DNA of 64,000 nt from a virus, in IMG/VR virus record IMGVR_UViG_3300035137_000026, positions 32,001 through 96,000 of that record; one strand, written 5' to 3'. Below the pieces are notes generated by a model. That model saw only the letters and a program-made list of their open reading frames with translations, was not told where the DNA came from and searched no databases. A program made the position numbers and the translations under genes. Of this stretch, positions 55,407-64,000 are shown piece by piece. Positions within the stretch are counted from its first letter, which is position 1. Every line of letters starts with the position of its first letter.

Positions 55407-56260
55407 TGACACTACGAGATCACAGAGGGAACATTATTACTCCTCCTCTTGCTGGAGCGACACGGTACGAGTATGACTGGTTTACTGGTTCGCAGATTGG
55501 CATCATGTTTGGTGATGTCTTAGTGGATAATATAGTGGCCATTGACTTTATAGTTAACCAGAACAAGACACCTGTTTACGGATACGCAAATCAGTACTAT
55601 ACTTTTGCTGCAGATGGTAAAGTATTAGTACAAGGGCGGCTAACCGTGGCATTTAAAGAAGCAGGATATCTACTGTGGCCTATTAAACGATTTGTAAACC
55701 AGAAGGCTGCTAGTGAATGGACTACTCCACGTTATGGCAGAGATAGCGACGGTAACCTAATCAAGGGTTACGACTACAATAATAGCAATGGTACGTTTAC
55801 TACTGCAGCCAAGAGAGCTAAGGATCAACGTGTCATGCGTGGTAATATAGAGCAGGTTCTAGAATACAGTGCTAGCGGACTCGAAAATAGAGCTAGTGGT
55901 TTCTGGAAGGAACTTGCTGCCCTTCCTGATGACAGGTTTGAGGAATGGGCTGAAGTATTTGAAGATGTTATCTGGTATGGTAGCGACCCAGAGAATGCCA
56001 TGATGAGAGATCGGCTATTCTCCGGAAACCTCCCAGAGAGGTTTGAACTAAATGATGAGGAAATCCTTTCCCATCGTAGAGCGGATCAATATCCCAACCT
56101 AGATATTTGGATTGTTTACGGGGATATGAATAGACCTGCCGCAAATCACACCGTTAAGAAACTCCTTGATGTTTCATTCACCGGCCAATCCCAGGTCATT
56201 GAAGTATCAGGAGAGCCCATATATGAGCAATATAGTTTTATAGCGAGAAATCTCGTATAA
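55406..56260 (+). CDS. Third tube-fold paralog
   Basis: FTGSQI..MFG....I.F...QNKTPVYGY......ADGKVLVQGRLTVAF. Confidence 0.6.
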   Translation: MTLRDHRGNIITPPLAGATRYEYDWFTGSQIGIMFGDVLVDNIVAIDFIVNQNKTPVYGYANQYYTFAADGKVLVQGRLTVAFKEAGYLLWPIKRFVNQKAASEWTTPRYGRDSDGNLIKGYDYNNSNGTFTTAAKRAKDQRVMRGNIEQVLEYSASGLENRASGFWKELAALPDDRFEEWAEVFEDVIWYGSDPENAMMRDRLFSGNLPERFELNDEEILSHRRADQYPNLDIWIVYGDMNRPAANHTVKKLLDVSFTGQSQVIEVSGEPIYEQYSFIARNLV

Positions 56261-56276
56261 CCCCAAGGAGAAAATA

Positions 56277-57023
56277 ATGGGTAAGAAACGTCCGGTAGTC
56301 CAGAGTACTGAGGAAGCACAGCGTGCTGGTGTCGCTGAACAGCTCCTTAGTGCTGGCAAGAAAAACTTTGAAAGCGTGTATGGTCCTAAAGTTGGAGGTT
56401 CATTTGACCTCGGAGACGATATGAGAGCCATGCAAGGAGTGAAAATGATGACCGAAGAACAGGTACAACAGAACCTAGGTGCTGGTGCAGAAGCTGAGAT
56501 GTCTGAGGTACCAGATGGAGTAGACTTTACTCCTGAGTCCACTGTTCCACCTGAGCTAATACAGCCAGAGCTAACAAAGGATATGCTACCACCTGATCCT
56601 TCTCCACAGGAAGAACAGCAGGAAGAAGAAGGTCTGTCAGAGGATCCAGACAAGAGAGCACAGCAAGTTGCTGAGTTTTTGGCTTCTAAGTATCCAGGCG
56701 CACCAAATACCGATACCCTCAAAGAGTGGCGTCGCATTCACGGTGGTGCCTTTATGTTGCAGATTGCAGATAGAATCTTCATCTATCGCTACCTGAAGCG
56801 ACAGGAATGGATTCAGCTCAATGCTAATCCTAAAGCAGCAGAACTGTCTGAGGATGACGTAGAGAATGAAATCTTCAATCGATGTGTGCTGTGGCCAAAA
56901 TACAACCAGATCCAGAAGGCTGGTATGCCAGCTGGTGGTATCAGTATGGTCGTGCAGCAGATTCGCTTGCAGAGCTTGTTCCTTGATCCAGCTTATGTAG
57001 CAACACTAACAGTCAAGATCTAG
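56277..57023 (+). CDS. Putative tail assembly chaperone
   Basis: Acidic N-terminus; WRRIHG...FIYRYLKRQEW...CVLWP; position before tape measure. Confidence 0.55.
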   Translation: MGKKRPVVQSTEEAQRAGVAEQLLSAGKKNFESVYGPKVGGSFDLGDDMRAMQGVKMMTEEQVQQNLGAGAEAEMSEVPDGVDFTPESTVPPELIQPELTKDMLPPDPSPQEEQQEEEGLSEDPDKRAQQVAEFLASKYPGAPNTDTLKEWRRIHGGAFMLQIADRIFIYRYLKRQEWIQLNANPKAAELSEDDVENEIFNRCVLWPKYNQIQKAGMPAGGISMVVQQIRLQSLFLDPAYVATLTVKI

Positions 57024-57030
57024 GCTTGTT

Positions 57031-57747
57031 ATGAGCGGACTCTATCGTGCCCTCGAGGCAATACAACGAAAGTCGGATGACGTTTTCGCCGTCGAGATAG
57101 AAGGCATTGAAGTCGTGTTTCGCCTTCCTCCTGTACAGGCTGCACAACAATATTCATTACTCTTGAATATGGCCCAAACAGAGTCCGAGAGATTGATTAT
57201 TTACGAAACGATATTCCGTGATGTGGTCGAGGATGATCTGCTGGCTTCTGAAGATGGCGACATTATGGCTGGTGTGCCGGAGACAATCTCCAAACTAGTG
57301 CTCATGATGTCTGGGCTAGATAATTCTGCCAAGGAATATACTGCACAGCTATTTGGTTTGTACCGACAACAGTCAAGCTCGGTACTCATGTGTATGAAGA
57401 GGGCTATTTGTACTGCTTTTCCCGGATATACATTTGAGTCGCTTGGCCAGCTGAATTACCAGAATTTGGTTAATGTATTCATACAAGCAGAGAAGATACT
57501 CCTCGAACGGGGTATAATAGAAAGTGAATATGACTTTATGTCGTCAGAAGAGACTAAAGAAGCACCATTTGCTGTGGAGGATCTAATCAAGCAGGATAGA
57601 GATGCATATCATGATTATGAGTTTGTCGATCAGGAAGATCCACGCAAACTAGCTAGAATGAACAAGCTACGTGAGGCTGCTAGACGGCGTGCTGAAGAAG
57701 AAGAGAGAGTATTTAAGGAAAGATATCGACGGCGACAGCAAGGCTAG
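57031..57747 (+). CDS. Putative second tail assembly chaperone
   Basis: Position; charged C-terminus. Confidence 0.5.
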   Translation: MSGLYRALEAIQRKSDDVFAVEIEGIEVVFRLPPVQAAQQYSLLLNMAQTESERLIIYETIFRDVVEDDLLASEDGDIMAGVPETISKLVLMMSGLDNSAKEYTAQLFGLYRQQSSSVLMCMKRAICTAFPGYTFESLGQLNYQNLVNVFIQAEKILLERGIIESEYDFMSSEETKEAPFAVEDLIKQDRDAYHDYEFVDQEDPRKLARMNKLREAARRRAEEEERVFKERYRRRQQG

Positions 57748-60700
57748 GTGGTGTCTTTGGCAGGGCCTTACATTACAGCTACCGGACCTCAACCAGAACA
57801 GCCTGGAGAATCCGTATCAGGACTAGCGAAGCTTGGTTTTGCTAGTGCCGCTATTGCTGCCAGTGGCTTTATTTCTACTGGTCAGGGCGGACGTCTGTGG
57901 GATCATTACCTTAGAGGTATCCGCACAGCTGAGACTGCTTTCCCTGCCGCCATTCTGAGAACATTCAGAATCTCAGAGTCTCTATCTCCACTCGAGAGCT
58001 TTAAGCAAGTTGCAGTGCCAGCAGAACAGATGGCTGCTGGTGGTAAGTATGCAGAATTCTTGCGCTCTACCTTTGGTTCGAGTATTGACGAGATCAGTTT
58101 GCTGTCTAAAGGAGCTGTCTTCGGTGAAGTTCGAGCTGGCGGCAAAGCTGTAGGTATTGGTGTCCAGATGAAGGCCGGCACTCAGAAGGGTGCTGCTATT
58201 GCTGACTATTATGCCAGAATTACAGGTACACCACTATCTGCCAGACAGTCTCTCAATGAAGCTTTGCTGAAAGCTGAGTATTTTGCCACATCTCCTGGTG
58301 TCCCATACGGTCAGTGGATCGAGGCTATGGACCCCAGCCAACGAACAAGAAGACTCATCTTGGGGGCTAAGTATAGAGAAAAGCTAAGAATACTTGGCAA
58401 AGACTTTGCTCTTAGCAAGAGTATACAGCAGAAGGTAGCCAAGTTAGAGACTCTGGGTCAGCTAATGAGAGCCAAGGCTGCGTCTACAGTCGGCCGTCTA
58501 AATACCCTACTCTCTAAGCCATTTGAGTTTCTGCCAGAGCGTGTGCAGCAGTGGCCAATCATCAAGACCATGGCTGTTAAGCCTGGGTCAGCTACTCAGA
58601 TGTTTGGTCGCTTCATTAAGAAGGCTGTAATCGCTGGAGCTGCCTATAAGGGCCTAGAGTACTATGACTACCTAAGACATCAAGGAAGCCCTTGGGCGAC
58701 CGCTCTAGGGGTCTCTGGTGGAACTCTGGCCGGTGGTGCGTTGTTTAAGGGCGTAGGACGCCGTTTCTCGCCTCTTGGAATGGCTGTGGGTGCTGGTATA
58801 GGCCTCTATACCTCAATAGCTCCTAGATTCGACGAGGGGCTCTTCTATGGCGTTGCATCTATCTTTACAGATGCAAGCCTGGCTCGAGCTAGAATCTCTA
58901 GGTCAGTAGGCCTCACAGAGTCTCTACAGCGACAGGAAGCTATTACTCCTGGCTTAGTATCCGTCAAGACAGCCTTAGGCTTCACAGGCGTAGGTGCTAT
59001 GGCTGCGGGTCTTTATGGCTATGGTGGATTGATTGGCGCATCTATACGAGAGAAGTTTGGTAAGGGTGGACTAACAGCCGACATTATCGAGAATATGCGA
59101 GAGACTCGAGCCGGCAAGATGGGGAAGAGGCTTTGGGGAACTAAATTTGGTCAGAGAGTGGCTAAGACTCCAATCCTTAAGCATCTAACCAAGATTAAGA
59201 GCCCGATGGCTCTAGGAGCCCTGGGTGGTCTGGCTGCTTACGGAGTCCTGTCTACGGGCCTAAGCTTGCTGTCTGGTAACTTCGGCGCAGCCATGCCATT
59301 TGCTAGCCTTCTTGGCACCACAGAAACACCAGAAGAACTAGAGGCTCTCTACTCAGGTGAACAAGAGGTAGCTATTCGAAAGGGTAGATGGTGGGAGTTT
59401 GGTCGCAGTACGCCTTATGAAGGCGGGCGAATTGAATACTATCGCTCACACATGATACATCGTCTCAGAACCAGAGCCTACCAGAAGGGTATCTATGGCT
59501 CTGAGGAAGAGCGTTGGGAATACGATCCGCTAATGAATCCTCTCAAGGCTCTCTTTGGTTCTGACGAGTGGAAGTACCACTATGAGATGAAGTATCAGTA
59601 TGAGAGACCTGCTCCGTTGACCGGTACTTATTTCGAAGACGTGCCATTCGTAGGGCCTGCGCTAGCAGCTACAGCCGGTAAACTACTTAAGCCTCGCAAG
59701 CTGGTACGTCCAGACGAATGGAAGTATGGGGCGGGAGAATACAGGCATCTTCCAGATGTGCGTGGAGAGACAGAGCCAGCCTATGAACTAGGAGGACTAG
59801 GCCCAGGCAAGCCAGTTGAGCCCGATGAGGGCACACAGCTATTCAATGAGCTGATGTACCGTAGGCGTGAAGCTGTTGGTCTTGTAGGTTTTGCTGAGGG
59901 TGCTATCGAGAAAGCCCTGACTGGCAGAGAAGAAGTCTTCCAGAACCTGCAGATGCTCGGTGTTATGGGTAGAGAGACCGGCTCTGAGTATTGGCTATGG
60001 AGTCACCTGAATGTTGGTGGTGCTCTAGGTACATCTGAGCCTATCAGACGTTTCATCCCACGTACTAGAAGTTACCTTGAGGAATATAACCCTCTTGACA
60101 ATACAATGCCTTCTTGGATACCACAGGACTACTTCCTAGACCTGACACATGGAAATCCATTCAAGAAGATTAAGGAGGCTGAGATTAGACTCCCAGGTCC
60201 AGGATATGCTGCTCGATACCCTGAGGTCGTAGGATTGCAACCAGAAGAGTATCCATTAGTCCACAGACTCAAGATTCTTGGTGATGTGGCTATGTGGAGT
60301 GATGAATACAAGCAGGCTCTGTCTAGGGCTAAAAGAAATATGAACAGACTATCCGACCAGGAGAAACAGATGGTTCGGACAATAGAGGCACAGGTCAAGA
60401 GTAAGAAGACACGTAGAGAAATCACTCCGTATCGTTTCAGACCTGAACTACTTGCAGAAGAAGAAGTTACAGTTACAGACGTACTAGATCCTCGCAGAAT
60501 TAAGACAGTAGAATATGGAGATGCTGTTATTGAGTTACAAGGTGTTGGCGCTGTGACTAATATGGCTGGTGCGTTAGAGTTTGCTCGAGAGAAACTTGTT
60601 GGTAATAAGGTTACCATCAGAACGCCTATTCTAGAATCTAGAAAGTATGATGTTACCAAGCGTGGTAGCAGAGTTAAGGCTGTAGCAATGCTTGGAGATA

Positions 60701-61920
60701 CTGACTACGGTCAGGTATTGGTCGAGAATGAGCTAACAGCATACAAGGATCTGAGAGATGAGTTTGAACAGTTGAGATTCACACAAAGAGAGCAGCTTGC
60801 TGGTAGATTGGGCGAGGCTGCACTACACGGCATTGAAACTCCTCTGGAGATGCTAACACCTATGTCGCCAGCATCTAAACTAATCAGACAACGTTCTCCT
60901 CTTGAGGAGTACATGGCTACAGAGGCTATCGGTACTAGTAACGCTTTCTGGGATAGACCGGTAGAGAACTTCTTGAAGCCGGCAGCTAATATGGCTCTTG
61001 CTGAGATTGGCTTTGATGATATTCCAGAAGATATTCGCCAGCGAAGAGACATCAACGAATACTTTGACATGCTAGCCTGGACTAAGTCTCGCCAAGCTGA
61101 GATGGCAGCTAGACAAATAGATGACTGGAAGGCTGTTAAAGAAGCTCAGGCAGCACAGCACGAGACTCTATTTGGACTGGATGTATTTGGCTCTCCTGTA
61201 GCGGCCATGAAAGCCCTACCACGTAGAGAACGTGATTTTTTTAATGCCTTTGTGAACGCTCATTCTGCAAATGAGAGACAGAGAATCTTAGAACTTATTC
61301 CTGAGAATGAGCAGAGAATCTATATGGCTCAGTGGCTAAGACAGGAAGAAGCTGCTGCTCGAGCTAAGAAGGAAGCAGGGTTGTCCACAAAGTACGATGA
61401 GAATACTTTAGCAGCAGCTATGATGATGAGACGTTCTGAAGGCTTTGGTATTACACCAGAACTGGAAGAACTATGGATGGCTGAGACTGATGGCAAGATT
61501 CCGTTTGATGAGTGGGTTAGAGAGAAGAAGGCTGAAGAGTATTTTGCTACACACTCATTGCCAGGAGCTGACTGGTTGGGCTGGCACCCGTCTGTAGATC
61601 TGGATGATGTCAAACTAAAATACGTTGAGATGGCCGGGCTAGACCATCATGACTTTGATCTTTGGGGCGCACGCCGTAGGTCATTAGCTAGGAAGCCATA
61701 CATTGCCGATGAGCTTATTGCCGATATGTCTGCACAGACAGACTTAGAAAATCTGGCTATCTCAAGAGCAAATGCTAAGGCGATTGCTAAGATGCACGAG
61801 GAGTCAAATGTCTCTTTCTCTAATATTGGAGCAAACTTGCCTCCACGCTATGATATTGAGATAGTAGATAAGAGAGATGGATTAGTACAAGAAGCACATA
61901 AGCGTTTAGGAGCTAGATAA
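57748..61920 (+). CDS. Tape-measure-like / ejection protein, 1390 aa
   Basis: Ala/Gly-rich helical protein with hydrophobic Gly-rich stretches after the chaperones; GTG start. Confidence 0.6.
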   Translation: MVSLAGPYITATGPQPEQPGESVSGLAKLGFASAAIAASGFISTGQGGRLWDHYLRGIRTAETAFPAAILRTFRISESLSPLESFKQVAVPAEQMAAGGKYAEFLRSTFGSSIDEISLLSKGAVFGEVRAGGKAVGIGVQMKAGTQKGAAIADYYARITGTPLSARQSLNEALLKAEYFATSPGVPYGQWIEAMDPSQRTRRLILGAKYREKLRILGKDFALSKSIQQKVAKLETLGQLMRAKAASTVGRLNTLLSKPFEFLPERVQQWPIIKTMAVKPGSATQMFGRFIKKAVIAGAAYKGLEYYDYLRHQGSPWATALGVSGGTLAGGALFKGVGRRFSPLGMAVGAGIGLYTSIAPRFDEGLFYGVASIFTDASLARARISRSVGLTESLQRQEAITPGLVSVKTALGFTGVGAMAAGLYGYGGLIGASIREKFGKGGLTADIIENMRETRAGKMGKRLWGTKFGQRVAKTPILKHLTKIKSPMALGALGGLAAYGVLSTGLSLLSGNFGAAMPFASLLGTTETPEELEALYSGEQEVAIRKGRWWEFGRSTPYEGGRIEYYRSHMIHRLRTRAYQKGIYGSEEERWEYDPLMNPLKALFGSDEWKYHYEMKYQYERPAPLTGTYFEDVPFVGPALAATAGKLLKPRKLVRPDEWKYGAGEYRHLPDVRGETEPAYELGGLGPGKPVEPDEGTQLFNELMYRRREAVGLVGFAEGAIEKALTGREEVFQNLQMLGVMGRETGSEYWLWSHLNVGGALGTSEPIRRFIPRTRSYLEEYNPLDNTMPSWIPQDYFLDLTHGNPFKKIKEAEIRLPGPGYAARYPEVVGLQPEEYPLVHRLKILGDVAMWSDEYKQALSRAKRNMNRLSDQEKQMVRTIEAQVKSKKTRREITPYRFRPELLAEEEVTVTDVLDPRRIKTVEYGDAVIELQGVGAVTNMAGALEFAREKLVGNKVTIRTPILESRKYDVTKRGSRVKAVAMLGDTDYGQVLVENELTAYKDLRDEFEQLRFTQREQLAGRLGEAALHGIETPLEMLTPMSPASKLIRQRSPLEEYMATEAIGTSNAFWDRPVENFLKPAANMALAEIGFDDIPEDIRQRRDINEYFDMLAWTKSRQAEMAARQIDDWKAVKEAQAAQHETLFGLDVFGSPVAAMKALPRRERDFFNAFVNAHSANERQRILELIPENEQRIYMAQWLRQEEAAARAKKEAGLSTKYDENTLAAAMMMRRSEGFGITPELEELWMAETDGKIPFDEWVREKKAEEYFATHSLPGADWLGWHPSVDLDDVKLKYVEMAGLDHHDFDLWGARRRSLARKPYIADELIADMSAQTDLENLAISRANAKAIAKMHEESNVSFSNIGANLPPRYDIEIVDKRDGLVQEAHKRLGAR

Positions 61921-64000
61921 TGGCTAAAAACTTTCCATGGAACGTAGAGGAGCGTTCAGACTTTTGGGGATATGGTGCCACAGCAGCTGTTGCTGGTGGC
62001 GTTGGCTATGGTCTGTATCGTGCTAATCCTGCAGTTAGAGCAGCAATGTCAGTAGGCACCAGAGATGTAGCTCATGATGTGGCTGCTGAGCTTAGAACTA
62101 TGGGTAGATTTAATGTCGCTCGAAGAGGCGCTAGATCTGCTATTGACGATATTGGAGAGAATATCCTAACTAACCTTGCTGCATCCAGTAGCCCAGGCAC
62201 AGTTAAAGCAGACATTGCCCAGGCCACATATGAAGCAGCTCTCAGAGGCGGAAGAAGCACACATACAGAAGCTTATAGTGTCTATCAGAAAATCATGCAC
62301 CAAACTACTGTGAGGAATGCCTATGAGCAGGCTAAGGCTGCTATCGGTGAGCTTCAGGGTGATGTGAGCTTGTTGACCAGCCGTATAAGCGATCTGGGAG
62401 AAGGTGGTTTTTATGGTCGATTCATGGGGCAAGAGGGTGGCCGTCTTACCGAGATAGCTAAGGCTGCTACTGCCACAGGAGAATTTGTTGGTAGCAGGGT
62501 AGCTCGTGAAGAGGCTGCATGGATGTCTGGTGCTGTTGCTGATAGAGCAAAGGCAATTCAGGCACGCTTAGACGCTGCTGCTTCTCAAGCCGGCGGTAAA
62601 ATTCAATGGACCGGCATCCAAGACGTTGAAGATATTCTTGAAGGACAGAGAGTTACTACTCCTATGCTGCGTGGTCGTGTCGGTGGTGAGGCTATTAATA
62701 TTCCTCTCAAGGCTACTGGCATGACATATGGTGGCGACCAGCTAACCGCAAGGTATGTTACACGTGGAGCTTTCGGCACAACAGGCGATATTAGAGATTA
62801 CACTACTGAGTACGTTAGTAGATTAGAAGAGATGATGGGTGCTCAGAAGACTAAGACTAGTCTGAAGAATGCTGTTATTGATGCCAACCACGAGATTGTT
62901 AATGCTATGAGGAATAGAGATGCTGCTCATAGATCAATGGCTATCTGGAAAATGCCTGAAGCTATGCTACCTGCGGGTGGTAGAGTAAAGTCTAGAATGA
63001 ATCAGATGGAAGCCGTGTTTGTAGGTCAGATGACAGAAGGCTATCGCAGCAAGGTGATTGCAGAATCTCTGGCTGGCGGGCGTCAACTCTATCCAATCGG
63101 TAGCCCAGAGACGGTAGCTAAAGGAACATTCGTTCGAGGTGACATAGCAGAGCAGCTGTTTGGTCCTATGGGCAGGCTAATGGGTGTGGAGCAGAGACCT
63201 ACTCAGTTCATTCGTGAGAAGTTTGGCGTTACCGCAGAAGCCAAGGCTGCTGCTAGAGGATTCCGTGGTGAGTTTGGTAGACACTTTAGTAGGCTGGAGC
63301 GGAAGATTCAAGGTACTGAATACCAGGGTCTTCTCTATGGCGGCTATGCACCAACCGCAGCACAAGCATATACTGCACCACAGCTAACCGCATTCTATGC
63401 TAAACCTTCTCGTCTAGAAACTGGGCCACTAGCACAACAGATGTTCGCAGAAGAAGCTATCATTTCACGTAGGGTAGCTCCTATGATGGAGTATGAGCGT
63501 ACAGTACAGAAGAAGATTGCTCTTAATGAAGGCTTTAGAGTCAACAAGCAGGTGCTAGATGCTCTAAAGGCTAGAAAGGTTGGAGAGCTTGCAGAGCTTG
63601 GCGAAGTTGGCAGAGGAGGTTTCTTGGGTGTCGAGTTTGGTACGGGTAAAGAACTATGGGTAGAAGGCGCTGGTGGTGCTCGAGCAGATATTATTGGAGC
63701 ACAGCTTACAGGAGAGAACCAAGCTACCGTATTCCTTAAAGAGAGACATCGTTTGTCAGATGAGAAGTGGTGGAAGTTCTTCAGTGAGGATGTAAAGTTC
63801 CTAGGCAAGCAGGCTGATGATGTCCGCATGAGACGTCTAGCTGAGGCTGCTGGTATTGGTACTCAGGTTGCCGGTCAAGACCTTGAGGCTATTGTTAGTG
63901 GTAAGCTTGTTGGCCGTAATCGCATGGCTCTCATGACGCAGCAGATCGAAGCTTTGTCAATGATTACCGCTGGTAAGATGGAAGATAGAGCACTATCGCT
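61920..64000 (+). CDS. Second very large Ala/Gly-rich protein, truncated by the window end (more than 693 aa)
   Basis: ATG at 61920 overlaps the preceding TAA; MAKNFPWNVEERSDFWGYGATAAVAGGVGYG...; frame appears open and stays in register to 64000; absent from the ORF track. Confidence 0.75.
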   Translation, partial: MAKNFPWNVEERSDFWGYGATAAVAGGVGYGLYRANPAVRAAMSVGTRDVAHDVAAELRTMGRFNVARRGARSAIDDIGENILTNLAASSSPGTVKADIAQATYEAALRGGRSTHTEAYSVYQKIMHQTTVRNAYEQAKAAIGELQGDVSLLTSRISDLGEGGFYGRFMGQEGGRLTEIAKAATATGEFVGSRVAREEAAWMSGAVADRAKAIQARLDAAASQAGGKIQWTGIQDVEDILEGQRVTTPMLRGRVGGEAINIPLKATGMTYGGDQLTARYVTRGAFGTTGDIRDYTTEYVSRLEEMMGAQKTKTSLKNAVIDANHEIVNAMRNRDAAHRSMAIWKMPEAMLPAGGRVKSRMNQMEAVFVGQMTEGYRSKVIAESLAGGRQLYPIGSPETVAKGTFVRGDIAEQLFGPMGRLMGVEQRPTQFIREKFGVTAEAKAAARGFRGEFGRHFSRLERKIQGTEYQGLLYGGYAPTAAQAYTAPQLTAFYAKPSRLETGPLAQQMFAEEAIISRRVAPMMEYERTVQKKIALNEGFRVNKQVLDALKARKVGELAELGEVGRGGFLGVEFGTGKELWVEGAGGARADIIGAQLTGENQATVFLKERHRLSDEKWWKFFSEDVKFLGKQADDVRMRRLAEAAGIGTQVAGQDLEAIVSGKLVGRNRMALMTQQIEALSMITAGKMEDRALS

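Noticed and set aside
1-64000. Genome-wide stop-codon reassignment (TAG=Gln or TGA=Trp)
   Set aside because: Long genes are uninterrupted in the standard code, many genes end in TAG or TGA that overlap the next SD or start, and the internal stops are of all three types and confined to small accessory ORFs
1-64000. CRISPR array, integrase, transposase, rRNA or reverse transcriptase/DGR
   Set aside because: No regularly spaced repeats or diagnostic motifs seen by eye

Overview
A 64-kb segment of a large, contractile-tailed (myovirus-like) dsDNA phage, read in the standard genetic code, with two divergent arms. The minus-strand arm (1 to about 28.5 kb) is accessory/early. Its first 12.8 kb form a dense host-rescue island: a complete four-step deamidating NAD+ salvage set (pncA, pncB, nadD, nadE), three chemically distinct RNA-repair enzymes (RtcB, a Thg1-like 3'-5' polymerase, an ATP-dependent RNA ligase), an SCO6735-like macrodomain ADP-ribosylhydrolase, tRNA-Cys, a tRNA-Arg(UCU) with an unusual long variable arm, a tmRNA with a non-canonical tag, an unidentified 300-nt multi-helix RNA next to a tRNA-like element, and an HNH endonuclease. 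Many small ORFs between these intact genes carry in-frame premature stops. Positions 13-28.5 kb hold mostly small hypothetical genes plus an SSB-like protein, a Cys-rich lipoprotein, a P-loop/SLOG fusion and a miniature SRAP-like protein. The plus-strand arm (29.3-64 kb) is the morphogenesis module: GroES, putative TerS, a protein with an embedded Ser/Thr kinase domain, three glycine-zipper proteins, TerL, portal, prohead protease, major capsid protein, neck proteins, tail sheath, three tube-fold paralogs, tail chaperones and two very large tape-measure/ejection-like proteins (the last runs off the window). All assignments come from motif recognition by eye; no database searches were run.
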